The translations under genes and the position numbers were made by a program. Under the pieces are notes generated by a model. That model was not told the origin of the DNA, made no database searches, and saw nothing but the letters and a program-made list of their open reading frames with translations. This document shows, piece by piece, positions 13,536 to 27,140 of a stretch of 64,000 bases of DNA. The stretch comes from Laetmonice hystrix. Its lineage: Eukaryota. The first letter of the stretch is position 1. The number at the start of each line of letters is the position of its first letter. The stretch is taken from contig OZ249444.1 in NCBI GenBank assembly GCA_965235115.1, forward strand, positions 23,808,001 to 23,872,000, given 5' to 3'.

Positions 13536-16500
13536 AAACCAGTACATTCGTATGTAATCGTGTACAATGCAGTGATGAAACCACATTACTGGAAATCCAC
13601 TACCAGTTTGGTCACGTGCGAAGCGTTCGATCAAAATTAATCATCATTCGATAAAAGTTGAAAAAGAAAACTTTCCACATAATAAAATTCTGAGCTCCCC
13701 CACCCCTCAAAGCTCCCGGGGCCCTTTCAGTGGTGTCGATATGGGCCAGCCGGGCGGCACACGCCAGCTGACATCATCACGCGACCACAGACCGCTCGTG
13801 CCCGACTCGTGTCTGCATGCGCCGTGTAAACGGTGGCTAGATAAAGTGTTGTATTGTATGCAGTGGGCAGGTGGGACTGGCGCCGCCAGACTTACCCTCT
13901 TTGTGTCCAACGGCCCAGTCCCCCGCCCCGCTCTAAGTGCGTGCCTCTTGCCCCGCCGACCTACTCCTGAATCACACTCCCCTCCCTCAAACAAACAACC
14001 CACTGAAAGGCGAATAGGGCTGCAGGGGTAGCAACCCTTTGTTGTCCAATCGGATGTCCTCACTGTAAAGTGACTGTTAGTTGATACGACAGTACGACCC
14101 CTGAAGACACAAAGATAAGCCAACCTGAGAGATTATGTAGATGAATTTTCCAGCTTGTGTCAAAAGTTTTTACCTTGTGGCATTTGCTGCCACATGCATG
14201 CCAAGGTCGCTGAGGTAACTCGGGCCGCTATTCGCCCATTTATATCATAATCAATACACTTCCTTCACTACTCGCTATCCCCACCGGGACGTAATTTATT
14301 AGCTTCTATACTAACCCGCTGACCGTGCGGGTCTCTTTCATGAAACCAGATTACACGAGAATTGGCAGAGGCCACGTACATTTAGCGACGGTTGCAAACA
14401 TTATATTGCCTATTGCAGCTGCAGAAATGCGTCGGCAAGGCGACATCTCGTGCCCGATCCAGATACGGCCTGACCCGATGGCATTTTTTCCATAACCCTG
14501 CTGCCCCCTGCGGAGCCCTGGGGGCAGCTTGCAATATCTTGTGGAATTTCACAATAATAAAGGGCAATGTCTTTGGTCCTAGGCCCAGCGCTGTGCAGGT
14601 AGATAGAGGCTTTGCTGGTTTGTTATTGGTAGGCGTGAAACCAATGGCAACAGGCAGGCCGGGAATGCCGGATGTTGGCGGTCGCCGGATGTGGTGCTAC
14701 AGTCACCGTCTTCTGTTTGGTTTCCTGGGAAACCACACTGTCCTGCAATTCGCTGCTTGTCCACGGAATGTAGGAGTTGATCACATGGTACTGGTTATTA
14801 CTGCACGACTCCTGTAATAGCTTCTCTCAAATTTACTGCTCTTGCCTTGTCATATAAAATCTACTTTAATTAGGCAATTATTACTGCAGCAGACTTCCAT
14901 ATACTTCATGAGGCAAATGAGGAAGGAGAGGAGCGCTGAGAAAAAGGCATTGGTTGCTCAATTCCAAAACTGCCTTGTGGGCAAATAGAATCCTCAGGCT
15001 CTGTCTTTGTACGGTGTCGGTTTTCGCACCGAGTCAGAAACCTAGGAACACTGAAACTGTTTAAACCTAATTTAAAAAGTGTCACATTTCAAACAAAATT
15101 ATATTGGTTGTTTGCAACCAAAGTCTTAAGTAAGCACCCTTGGGGTATGGCGGCTGCACGGGCCGGGTAAGCTAAGCCTCAGCACACAAGGCTTTTGTTA
15201 TCGTTGGCGTGTCTTTGACACAAAACCGTGTCAACATGCACATCCTTCAAATGCTACATTGGACGGTCTGAATTTCAGCGGCAGGAAATTGGATCAGTAG
15301 GCAACGTTTGAAACTTTCCATATTTCATGAAATACAAACGTTTCTGTCATTGAGAGGCAATTCTCATCACACGTATGTCGTCATCACTCAGAATGACTAT
15401 ATCGCCAGCATCATTCTATTCTAGGACAACAGTTTCAGGGTTTTTTTCCTTTGAAAAGTCAGCGTTATTTTAATATTTCTGACGAACAAATAGCGAAGTG
15501 GATTGGCGTCTTATGACAGAAATCTATGAAAGAATGCAAAGGAGGTTGGGGTGATGTGGTTCCTCTTTAATTAGCTAAAGAATAGAAACATAATATAAAC
15601 AAAAAATCACCCCATACAGTTTGTCTCGTTTCTTCCTAGACTTTCTCCATTTTAAACCCAGAAATGTCGATATTATATTAAATATAATTCAACTGTCCTG
15701 CCAGTGGATCCCCCGACCCTATCCTACCATAATCTACTCTATCTATCGCAGCATCTTATCTAGCAGCGCCGCGGTCCAGCAGCGGGTCCATGCAGATACA
15801 CCTCGGCCGATCCAATCGCCCCAGGGCCGGTAGAAACCCGTGTCGCCAGCACCCCGATGGCGTCCGTATTAAATCAGGGTTGGTCATTCTACCCGCCGCA
15901 CGCCCCCTTGACCTCCCCCACCCCACCCCACCCCCTCCCGGACGGACGGAGTCCCGCTCTGCTCAGTCAGCCTCATCCATTCATTACAATACTGAATCCA
16001 TTCGGAGTGAATGACGAGGGATCTCAGGCAATGCGGGACAGTGAGGCTAAGTCCTCCCAGTTCCTGACTCTATGCCCCCCGCAAACCTTTGTCCCTTCCC
16101 GGCCTGCATTCATCACGGTGTTAATACGACCTGCCTCCTCGCCCTTCCCGCTACACAAATAAATCAATTACAATTTATTGTAAAAGGTGTTTTAAGTTTT
16201 TACAAACATCCTACCAAATCAAATGATTAAAGAACAAGTACACCATGGTTTGAGGAGCACTGCCGAGCGTACGGGGAGTAACTTCCATACCCACCCCGGT
16301 TATATACGAGACACTGGGGCTACTACAGGACTCAACCTTACGGGACCACATCCATTGGCCTGGATATAAGTAGACACCAGTTAGGATTTGGTCCAAGCCC
16401 CCGGCCATAGAGATGTGGGCTGAGGTTGGCGCCAACCTACACACTATTACTGACCTTCATCCCAAGGTCACCAAACAACCTAATCACCGACCCTCTAACC

Positions 16501-17598
16501 CCACCTCATCAAGTCTCATTCCTAGACAAAGGGACCAGATCACATAGAACACTATCGCTTTGTAAGTGGACGGTCATACACCGAATCCTTCACTGATTAC
16601 TTTACAATATATAATCCGATTTTTTCCCCCGAATTTATATAAGAGGACCTTTTTCTCCACCAGAGTTCACTTTTATAACCATAAAATACAAAATTGTAGC
16701 TATGCCCTTGATCTGACCTTGGAGCAGAGTCAACCCACGGGTCCTAGACCGAAACCATGGGTCCTAGACCGTATCCAGGCACCCAGACCGTTGGTTACCT
16801 TGGATACCAGACCGTAACTATGGAAACCGGAGTCCTCAGACCACACACCCCGATCCCCTAACCCACTGATTTATGAGACTGACCCCCGCCTCAGACTGAG
16901 AGCCAAGCCGTGCCCAACCTCCCGTCTCCTGCCGCCAACATTACACAAACAATGCCTTATCTTTCCTAGAATGGATCAAATCTCTTGTACAAATCCAATC
17001 CAGCTACGACCACGGCTGCCTCATTCCAAGCTACTTAAATTCAAACTCCTCTCTCACTCACTTTGGATCTTGGGATCGAAAGTCGTGCGAAACTCAATCC
17101 TTTGAATACGATACATTTTGATCGCTGTCCAAATTCGTTCCAGATTATCATAGAGAACCGTTTTGGATATGGCCGTTTGTAATATTGTAAGATCGCAATG
17201 ACAAATCATATCTGACGGTATTATGTTCAGAACGGGTTGTAACGGATTGGAACGGGAATCCGTGGGAGGGTGAATCTTTCACCCTCATGAATACTCGAGT
17301 CATTGATCATCGTAAGGCACGTGGAGAACATGGAAAATAAATAGGTTTTTGTGTTCGCCAAGACTTAACTGGATTAAAAACTGAACGGTTTTATCAAATG
17401 AAGATTAAAGGTCTCCTGCAACCTGTCAGAATCCATGTGATGGCAATTTTTTCAAATAATGGGGGGAAAAACCAAGCAACTATCACCAATCCTAGAGATG
17501 CAAGGCCCTTTTTTAAGCACCAAAATTTCACTGGTGATAATAGTAGGTGACAGTTCTAAATTTTACAACAATTCTACCATCTCTGACGTCACGTGAAC

Positions 17599-18591
17599 GG
17601 AGGTTAACCCGTAACGGACTACACCCACGGAGGGTTAACCGTTAACGGACCACACCCACGGAGGGTTAACCCATAACGGACCACACCTACGGGGGGGGTA
17701 ACCCTTAACGGACCACACCCACGGAGGGTTAACCCTTAACGGACCACACCCACGGAAGGTTAACCCTTAACGGACCACACCCACGGAGGGTTACCCCTTA
17801 ACGGACCACACCCACGGAGGGTTAACCCTTAACGGACCACACCCACGGAGGGTTAACCCTTAACGGACCACACCAACAGAGGGTTAACCCTTAACGGACC
17901 ACACCCACGGAGGGTTAACCCGTAACGGACCACACCCACGGAAGGTTAACCCTTAACGGACCACACCCACCGAGGGTTAACCCGTAACGGACCACACCCA
18001 CGGAAGGTTAACCCTTAACGGACCACACCCACGGAGGGTCAACCCTGAACGGACCACACCCACGGAGGGTCAACACGTAACGGACCACACCCACGGAGGG
18101 TTAACCCTTAACGGACCACACCCACGGAGGGTTAACCCTTAACGAACCACACCCACGGAGGGTTAACCCTTACCGGACCACACCCACGGAGGGTTAACCC
18201 TTACCGGACCACACCCACGGAGGGTTAACCCTTAACGGACCACACCCACGGAGGGTTAACCCGTAACGGACCACACCCACGGAGGGTTAACCCTTAACGG
18301 ACCACACCCCCGGAGGGTTAACCCTTAACGGACCACACCCACCGAGGGTTAACCCGTAACGGACCACACCCACGGACCACACCCACGGAGGGTTAACCCT
18401 TAACGGACCACACCCACGGAGGGTTAACCCGTAACGGACCACACCCCCGGAGGGTTAACCCTTAACGGACCACACCCACCGAGGGTTAACCCGTAACGGA
18501 CCACACCCACGGACCACACCCACGGAGGGTTAACCCTTAACGGACCACGCCCACGGAGGGTTAACCCGTAACGGACCACACACACGGAGGG
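17599..18591. repeat. 31-bp minisatellite, ~32 copies, with an internal palindrome
   Basis: Unit ggagggttaacccttaacggaccacacccac; contains the palindrome agggttaaccct. Confidence 0.97.
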
Positions 18592-20518
18592 GCAGTGAAA
18601 ACTGGCTCCCAGCCCGCTCTCACCGTCCCTACTGGGTTAACAGTGAGATTATCCTAATCCCTTGTTGTTAAACGCTCTAGGAGAACAAAACTGTTCTCCA
18701 GTGATAACAAACCACTCCTGTTCTCGGCCCTGATAACAGAAACTCAGATAGCAACACAGCAGGGCCCCTCCCTCAGATAACATGGTATCACCGTCACATA
18801 CACCCAACCTCTGAGGACTACAGAACACACAAATCTCAACGTGTATTTCTTTCGACTATCCATACGTCCAATGGCTAGCATATTGTGTGCTTCTTGACGT
18901 AATATTTACTGATCGCACATTGTAGGCCTCCTGTGTCGTGACGATTCGTGAATGGTACCTTCAGATACGCCAATCGGAAAGTATCGCGCCAAGCGTCTTA
19001 TGGAATGTCTTTATTCCACAGGAGTAACAATACGATTGATGTTGCAAAATTAGTGGCGTTTTTTTCTGAGGGTACAACTCATAGTCATCGCACTGCTCTG
19101 ATGAAGCCCTCATTCGAAAGCCAGAAGCCTCAGACAACGATTGGTGCAAACAGAAAGAAAATGTACAGTGTGGATCGAAAGTTGTGTTTCTGCAAGTAAT
19201 GCGTGGTCAGAGGGAACGTTACACGTCATGTGGCAGTCAGAGCTTCAGTCAGTGTCAGCAGGAATGACAAGGAGATCTTGGGGGAACCTATATATTTAGA
19301 TGTAAATAGCTTGAGATCTGAGGGGACATTTCAGTGACCATTATCACCAATCGTTGCGTACCACTCCTAGCTTTCGAATGAGGGTTTCACATAAGCAATG
19401 CGATGACTGGGGGTTGTCCTCTCAGAAAATACCACCTCGTTTCGTTAGCCCAGTGACTGACTACTTCAGAGTACCTGACATCATGTAGGTCAACCAAACG
19501 CACGAACCCCTCCACCGACCCACCCACACCGCAGCCGCCTTCAAGGGTCTTAATAATCCCACCGAAAAAGGCCGTCCTGTAGCGGGGGTTTTCGGAGGAG
19601 TCCTCTCCGTTTGAATACCCTGATCAACTCGAACCCTGAACCCACCAACTAATGACCCATTTATACGACCACTTGGTGGCTCCACCGTCATTATGTGCCC
19701 TAATTTAACCGCCGTCTTCAAGTAAACCCCCCAATTTCCTTTCGACCCCTGGCAAACTCGGTTCGGTTAATTTCGCATTAATGACTGTATCTCCCTCTTC
19801 TGGACAGAAAGCAGGTTGACAGACGAATTTGTGGCACTAATTCGTTATACTATTTCGTAGAATTTCCATTAGTGCTTTCCTGATATCAGACCTACACCGT
19901 CTTGCTCTTTGTGTACCGTCATAAAATGCTCCAGGTCGGGTTTGCGATTGACATGGCCTGACAAAGATTATGAATAATTTGATAACGGGACATCATACAT
20001 CAAAATTGGATATAACAGACAGGGTATTGGTTGAAAAACACCTATCACTGATTTCAATCACTCTAATGGATCCAAACAGGCTGTAATATTGAACAAAGTT
20101 ATCCGTGAACCTACCGCAATCCGTCTCAGGTCATGCAATTAATACTCAACCGTGTACTCACCTGAAAATACAAATAAAGATAAAATTACTACATTTTTAA
20201 ACACAGAGTCTGTAATCACATATATATATTTTTTAAATTCTGTGGAATTAAGATGCATCATTTTTCTTATAATATCGCTTTTTGACTTCAGGTCCTAAAC
20301 CTTAACCTTTGATATGTACACTTGTGACGTCGAAATATTTATGACCTTAGTAAACTACCATGTTCAAAAAACGTAACGGTGACATGACACACACGTGATT
20401 AATGTGCGGAAGTCTTTTATTTGCCAGCTGCTGATGCTGTGCCACGTGTCGAGGGAAAAAAATCCTTTAAAATGACCCCGTCCCTGACCTCTAGTCTGAG
20501 GGAGGGTCCTACTGTTAA

Positions 20519-21113
20519 CGTAGTGTTAACGTTTCGTTTTCCTTGGGAGCTAGCTGTCGTGTGGGGAAGAATCACGTTGAATCCAGGATTGTAGTTCTTA
20601 TGGTTTTATTGGGGAACCTTGGGGGTCCACCCAAAAGGCACACCAGGCGGTATCTTAATATAATGCAACTGTACCTCTATCTCTCTCTCTCCTCTCTCCA
20701 GTCTCTCGTCTCTCTACTATCTCTCTCTCTCCCGTTTCTCCAGTCTCTCGTCTCTCTACTATCTCTCTCTCTCCCGTTTCTCCAGTCTCTCGTCTCTCTA
20801 CTATCTCTCTCTCTCCCGTTTCTCCAGTCTCTCGTCTCTCTACTATCTCTCTCTCTCCCGTTTCTCTCTGGGTCTACCTGTCGACCCCCTATATATGTGA
20901 TGTCTCTCCTCACAGGTTCAGACATGCCCAGGGACCATGGGAACGTCTGGCAGCGGCATAATCTCCCATTTAACAGTCTCTAACCAATTAAGTCTAGATC
21001 CTAACCGTCATACCTTTAATTGTATGTAATTGGATATTATACCGCCGCCAGAATTGTAAATGCGCCCGGACATGTCTCTCCCGGAGGAGAGCAGTGTTAT
21101 AGACATATAACAC
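20519..21113. mobile_element. 595-bp repeated element, copy 1 (LTR/TRIM-like or Helentron/HINE-like), containing a 42-bp CT-rich tandem repeat
   Basis: Near-identical to 21453-22048 (offset 935). Starts cgtagtgttaac and ends with the hairpin gtgttata-gaca-tataacac. Confidence 0.55.
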
Positions 21114-21452
21114 CCACCCCTACTAAAAATAAGCGTTTCCACTACGCTATTACAAGAAATATAATAAAATAAATATTTGTTATTGGTGCCTGGTGTTGCC
21201 CCTGGGTGGTACGTGTTTACAATAATGTGTGATTTTACATCAGTAATGACATGCAGTCATCCATAAACAATCTTCTCATGCTCGGACAATATTTCTCCAG
21301 ATATTACTAAATAAGGATATGATATCACCATATTCACACTCTTTCGCTCAGAACAATTAAGTAATAACATCCGTATATAAAAATACATTCCGGTGTGACA
21401 AATGTTCATCAGTACACTTAATTGATTATATTGGAAGTTGACCATATAACAC

Positions 21453-22050
21453 CGTAGTGTTAACACTTTCGTTTTCCTTGGGAGCTAGCTGTCGTGTGGG
21501 GAAGAATCACGTTGAATCCAGGATTGTAGTTCTTATGGTTTTATTGGGGAACCTTGGGGGTCCACCCAAAAGGCACACCAGGCGGTATCTTAATATAATG
21601 CAACTGTACCTCTATCTCTCTCTCTCCTCTCTCCAGTCTCTCGTCTCTCTACTATCTCTCTCTCTCCCGTTTCTCCAGTCTCTCGTCTCTCTACTATCTC
21701 TCTCTCTCCCGTTTCTCCAGTCTCTCGTCTCTCTACTATCTCTCTCTCTCCCGTTTCTCCAGTCTCTCGTCTCTCTACTATCTCTCTCTCTCCCGTTTCT
21801 CTCTGGGTCTACCTGTCGACCCCCTATATATGTGATGTCTCTCCTCACAGGTTCAGACATGCCCAGGGACCATGGGAACGTCTGGCAGCGGCATAATCTC
21901 CCATTTAACAGTCTCTAACCAATTAAGTCTAGATCCTAACCGTCATACCTTTAATTGTATGTAATTGGATATTATACCGCCGCCAGAATTGTAAATGCGC
22001 CCGGACATGTCTCTCCCGGAGGAGAGCAGTGTTATAGACATATAACACTA
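21453..22050. mobile_element. 595-bp repeated element, copy 2
   Basis: Direct duplicate of 20519-21113. Ends gtagtgtta...taacactac form a 9-bp inverted repeat, with inner TGTTA...TAACA termini. Confidence 0.55.
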
Positions 22051-24964
22051 CCTCTCACCTCTATAAATCATACCGTCAGCTAAGCCAAGGTCACAGGCTC
22101 AGCTCCGAGTTACGAAATATTACATCAAACTCCTGAATTTGAAACACCTTATATTTCTCTTTCACTGGAGCCAGACAAGTTCGATTCCTGTAGAGGACTA
22201 TACAACTTTTCTCTTTAGGGACATTGTCAAAGTAATTGGGTTACCCCTGATGCCCGTGCATTTCAAAAGAAAAATACAGTAAACAGTGAAAGCTTTCAAT
22301 GACGTGATCAGACGGTAATGTTTACTGTTTACTAGACGGCCTGGTTTGTCTCTCAGATTTCTCAGACTCAGGGAGGGGGTCGACATGGATGATAGAGAGC
22401 AAGCCTCAGTGACGAGTACCAGTGTCCATCCTCGACACCATCTGGATCTGGCGGCACGACGAGAGACGCTCGACGTACGACACACCGCTCCCAGCGGGTC
22501 GGGCCACGGCGGCCAACAGCGCCGCCTAGTGGCACGCGTCAGAGTCACAGCTTGGGGGTGATGGCTTTACAAGTTGGCGCCGCTCACAGCCAGCCAATCA
22601 ATGGCATGGAACGACCAGCCTGGCTTGGATGGAGTGAGGTATCCCGAAACACATGGTCAAACACACGGTCACCATCGAGTGTCAGTGCTGGAGATCGTGA
22701 TCCCTGGAGATTGCAAACGTATTCTCTACTCATAAATAACAACACATGTTTCCTGTCATGTATTCATTCTGTTGTCAGGCAATGCTTGCCATATTGGTTT
22801 AAAACACCAGACGTTTATGGGAAGACATGTTCCTAGGATACGGAATCACAAAATGACAAATACGAACGGCTTTGGTTCTCTGGAGATCAGGCTATGAACA
22901 TCCTTGGAGTAAGACCCCATGCATGACGTCACATTTGTAGATGAATGAATCAGATGCTCTTTCCATGTCATGACATATAAAATACGGGACAATAACTTCA
23001 AAGTCCACCCCCCCCCCCCCAAACTCGTCTTTTTAGCAAACATAATTAATGATCTCATCAATCAGACACAGCTGACAAAAATAAATCTTGCATGAAAGTC
23101 TTCCAAGCTATCCCCTGGTGGCCGAGTACTAAACCAGCCAGTTTGGATCTATCAGGGAGTGATCTGCCTTGTGACACCGACATAATCCAGGTGGGATTAC
23201 CTCCACGACACCCCCTGTGAGGAGTACTGACATCTGGTGATCACAAAGTCAATATGGCATCTGTCGCTGGGAGGCGACCACGGCAGAGTTGTCCCATATG
23301 CTGTACATCTTCCCTCCTTCCCCGGAGAACTCCCGTCACAACAGCGCAGGGAGGAGGTACCGCACATCTGATACACCCAGATAAACGTCAGCCATTGCTG
23401 GTTTTATCTTTGATCAAAAGGTTTCGGATAGATCCATGCTTCCTTATCTCCCTGCCCTGAGTCAGACCTCATAGACCACTCTGCTGCTAGTTATTTTTCC
23501 TTCCCTTTGATAAATAAAGAATGAGGTGATGCCAAACACCGCTATCCTCGACCGACCACTTCGTGAACATTTATCGGTATCATGTAACGCAGTCAATATC
23601 TCTTCAAGAGTAAATCTCAAGATTAAATCTCCCCAAGCACAAATTTATCGAAAGCTTTACTTCTCCTCTTCTACCGAAGACCGATGAAGGACAATATTTA
23701 ACGGTAATTCAATATCGCAAATACTGCTGACTGGGTGTTTACAAAAAAGTTGAAAATAAACGTTCAAATCCTTGCTAAAAAATCAAATTAGTCACCTAAA
23801 ATGATTTTGCGCTAACTCACTCTCTATGCTAACCTCATGTACTCGATTAAACATCGCATCAATAGAGATCATAACACCAATGTGTGAAATCTACTAGACA
23901 GAAGGTTCGAGACCGTCAGTGAAGGAGGATGAATACCGTGTTATAATGACGTCATCAGCAGACAGACCCAAACAGCGTCACCTCCCAGCATGGGGAAACC
24001 ATTTTTTGTGTTTCATTACCATCACCCAATCATGCGGCCCCCTGGCGTCAATGGCGCCGATCTTTTCCGATTTTTGTTCAAAGCTTCAACTTTCTACCTC
24101 CTTCTCCAGGGGATAATGAAATGATCAAACAGCCTGAAGCATCACCAAGGGTGGGGAAAATAACGACTGGTGTTTACACGCTACAGCAAGGGGGTGGTGG
24201 AAGCCCAGGGATAACAGGACTCAACCCTACTGAGTAGGAAAAGGGTTCCTGTGACACCCTTGGTTCTCTGACCACACCCTCCCCACCACACCCCAACTCT
24301 GTACCCTACAGCATCCTCCATCTGCCATGGAGATAGCCATCCCGTTACCATGCCAACAGGGAAGATGTCCCACACATGCCCCCCCCCCCCCCCGGTATTT
24401 CAACTATTCACTGCGGCGTGACTTTTGTGCCTCGTTCTGGCGGTAACGACAGCCAATCACCAGTCAGCTGCCGACATATTCATTATCAACTACACCTGTT
24501 TAAATTGAGAACCAAATTCCTATCATGATAACCTGCTGTTTAGATTTGAAACAGAACCCTCTAATTTCGTGCCCAAATAGCACCCAATAAATTTGCTATC
24601 CTAAGTTCAAACGTTAAAGCCTATAAAGGTCGAACATTCACACAGTTTCACGTAGATCTCGTAGAAGACTTACAATACTGATCCCTGACGTCTAACGTAA
24701 TTCGCCTTTCATCTGTGTCTAGTTTTCAGAACTATCCCATGAGGCGGTCTAATTTAAATGTATGGAACAGATTTGATCAGGCGTACCCCGGGAGGTTTAC
24801 CAGGTGTCTACCCCCCCCCCCCTCCCCACCACCACCATCCCGCTCGCTCTCTCTCTGAATCAGTAGGAGAGTCCCGGAATGTTAACACTGTGACGGAACG
24901 CAGCCATTAGCGTATCGGCCCATCCAGGGCATGTTCTTCATCTCCATACGATGAACACACTCCA

Positions 24965-25205
24965 GTAGGTTCCTCCAGGGCGGCAGGCTGCAGGAGGCTG
25001 GTCTGACGGCCCGGGGTGGGAGGGTAGGGGTTCCTGGCGGCAGGCTGCAGGAGGCTGGTCTGACGGCCCGGGGTGGGAGGGGTAGGGGTTCCTGGCGGCA
25101 GGCTGCAGGAGGCTGGTCTGACGGCCCGGGGTGGGAGGGGTAGGGGTTCCTGGCGGCAGGCTGCAGGAGGCTGGTCTGACGGCCCGGGGTGGGAGGGGTA
25201 GGGGT
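24965..25205. repeat. 57-58-bp G-rich tandem repeat, ~4 copies
   Basis: Unit ggcggcaggctgcaggaggctggtctgacggcccggggtgggagg(g)gtaggggttcct. Confidence 0.95.
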
Positions 25206-25479
25206 GGACCTGTGGGAGGACTTCCTGCCTCTTAATCTGATCACCTTGATCGCAGGACGTATAAAGCCGACACGCTTTGAACTTGAGATTCCACGGCCGG
25301 AATTTAAAGTGTCAAAATATATAAAATACCGGAACTAATTCTAGATTGAGGCATAGAGAACCTCAGTTCCATTTGCTGGCCTGATTAAATGTATCCAAAA
25401 CCATGAAGATAAATTGGGTTCAATACAACCAAACTGGGATCTGGCCTGATGGCTAGTAAGAACATTTGGATTCTGGTGT

Positions 25480-25670
25480 TCACATACGCAACACAGGGAC
25501 ATTTCGAGTCAGCTTTCCTGGAGGAAGAAACCAGAGGAAATCCGTCGACCTCACAGCTGGTAACTGACAACCCTTCTAAGATACCACTCGAAGTGGGTTC
25601 GAACCCAGAGGTGAGAGGTCCTTCGGTCTCGAGCCGGAGTTTAGGGCCCGTATCGTCTACCTGGACCAAC
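25480..25670 (-). mobile_element. Probable tRNA-derived SINE remnant
   Basis: On the minus strand, an A-box-like tggtccagg (25660-25668) and a B-box gggttcgaaccc (25595-25606) about 55 nt apart, followed by a ggatttcctctggtttcttcctcc body resembling invertebrate SINE cores. Confidence 0.4.
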
Positions 25671-26270
25671 CAATCAGAACCGTTAAGCTTAAGCTCAAGC
25701 AAGATCTCAAGTTTTTACGAACTGGGCCCTGCGCCATCGAGGCTTCCTCTCGTACTGAGACACAAAATAGTGAACCGTTGAACATTGTACACGAGCCGTG
25801 AAAGCATACTGCGGTCTACGGGGCAATCAGCATGTGTGGGTGGGTGCGGGTCTGGGTGCACGTGTGTGTGCGGGGTTACGGGAACGCTAGCCGGTTGGCT
25901 GGCGAACTGACAGACCTGCGCCCTCTACCCATTGATCATATCGTAATTCATCCCGCTAAATGATTTAAAACGTCACTGGGGCGGTAAATTCAGCCGGCTA
26001 GAGCCCACCCTGAAACACGCCACCCACAACTCATACAATGGACGGAGGCTTCGGTCGGGACGGTGGTACAGATGTCACCTTTAACAGGTGGGGGGGGGGG
26101 GGGCATTACCGACCAGTTGTATGGGTGGCTAAACTATAATCTCCCTACCACCATGGGCAGTCTAGCCAGGCGGGGATCGAGTGGGCAAGGCAAGGAGAGA
26201 CTCCGTCAATGTTTGCCATTAGATTCCGACAGTGCCCCCCTCCCCCTCCCCCTCCCCTAAACCACCCCTT

Positions 26271-26285
26271 CTGGATCCGCCCCTG
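26271..26285. mobile_element. Lone terminus of a CAGGGGCGGATCCAG-type TIR element
   Basis: ctggatccgcccctg after a C-rich tract; the same family appears with both ends at 58954-59136. Confidence 0.4.
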
Positions 26286-27140
26286 CTAACCCGACACCAA
26301 TGAAAAACGGAGCCAGTATGACAATACTGCATCCTTATTGACGTTTATCACCGAGTTTATGATGTAAGACATTAAACCACCCCAGTCTCCGCTGTAAACC
26401 TGCCTTTGTCTCCACATCCTAATGGTGGCCCAGGGTGTCATACAGACACGTTATGACCACCAATAACGGCTCAAGGAAGACATCAAATCCGTCACACAAC
26501 ACCTGGATACGTCCACTCAGTCTGATGTCATCGAACGAGGTCAATAAAAAGTATTCTTCGCGTACGGCGATCAAATATTCATAAATCGCTGTTTGCCGAA
26601 GTTAAAGTTAATTGAAATTATCTGGAAAATTTAATAAAGATTTCTAATATCAAGTTTTCGAAAGTAGCGACCAGTTTAATAATTCTCATCCAAATACATG
26701 TACATTGTACAGCCAATATTTTCTTACATGATACCATCCCTGCTACAGTCTGTAAGTCAAGTCAATCCCAGCGATCAGAACGGTTTTCTTGATACCACAA
26801 TCAGTACTAATCCTCGGTTGTCTACCATTGTTTTCTCCTCAGGCGTCCTTTACTGCAGACTCTGCGGATTCTACATTTAAACCAACGACCATGGATTCCA
26901 AAATAACAATTAGTGAAAAATTTCCCATATCGTGTATCCTCTGGCCCTTTGTTTACTATAAATGACTACTGATCTTCATCTCCGGCCTTCCCGAGCCGAT
27001 CACGACAACACAACGATCTCGGAATCCGGCAGAAAATGACGGCCTTCTAATATTGAATCATGAAACCTGATTTATAAAGAAAACTGTGTTTTCACCCTAA
27101 TCTGGTCACCAGAAGCTGTTAGTAGCACTAGAATTGGCAG

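Noticed and set aside
12228-13654. Long repetitive ORFs (GMDQSSQVW, CFDPCPIPG, AARYGAWIK)
   Set aside because: The 27-bp unit is a multiple of 3 and open in several frames on both strands; there are no unique coding flanks and the frames are broken by 4-bp insertions.
14340-15480. piggyBac-like fragment (RVRPYLD) and other protein-like minus-strand frames
   Set aside because: Single short motif, no catalytic DDD motifs, TIRs or TTAA boundaries found.
17266-17286. Perfect 9-bp hairpin gagggtgaa-tct-ttcaccctc (possible Helitron end or terminator)
   Set aside because: No CTRR terminus or matching 5' end nearby; bacterial-type terminators do not apply here.
22595-22615. FHAID peptide resembling CNH GFHAVD
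   Set aside because: Flanking residues do not match CNH and a stop follows within 10 codons.
25595-25606. tRNA gene suggested by the TpsiC-like gggttcgaaccc
   Set aside because: No cloverleaf or acceptor stem can be built; treated as a SINE remnant.
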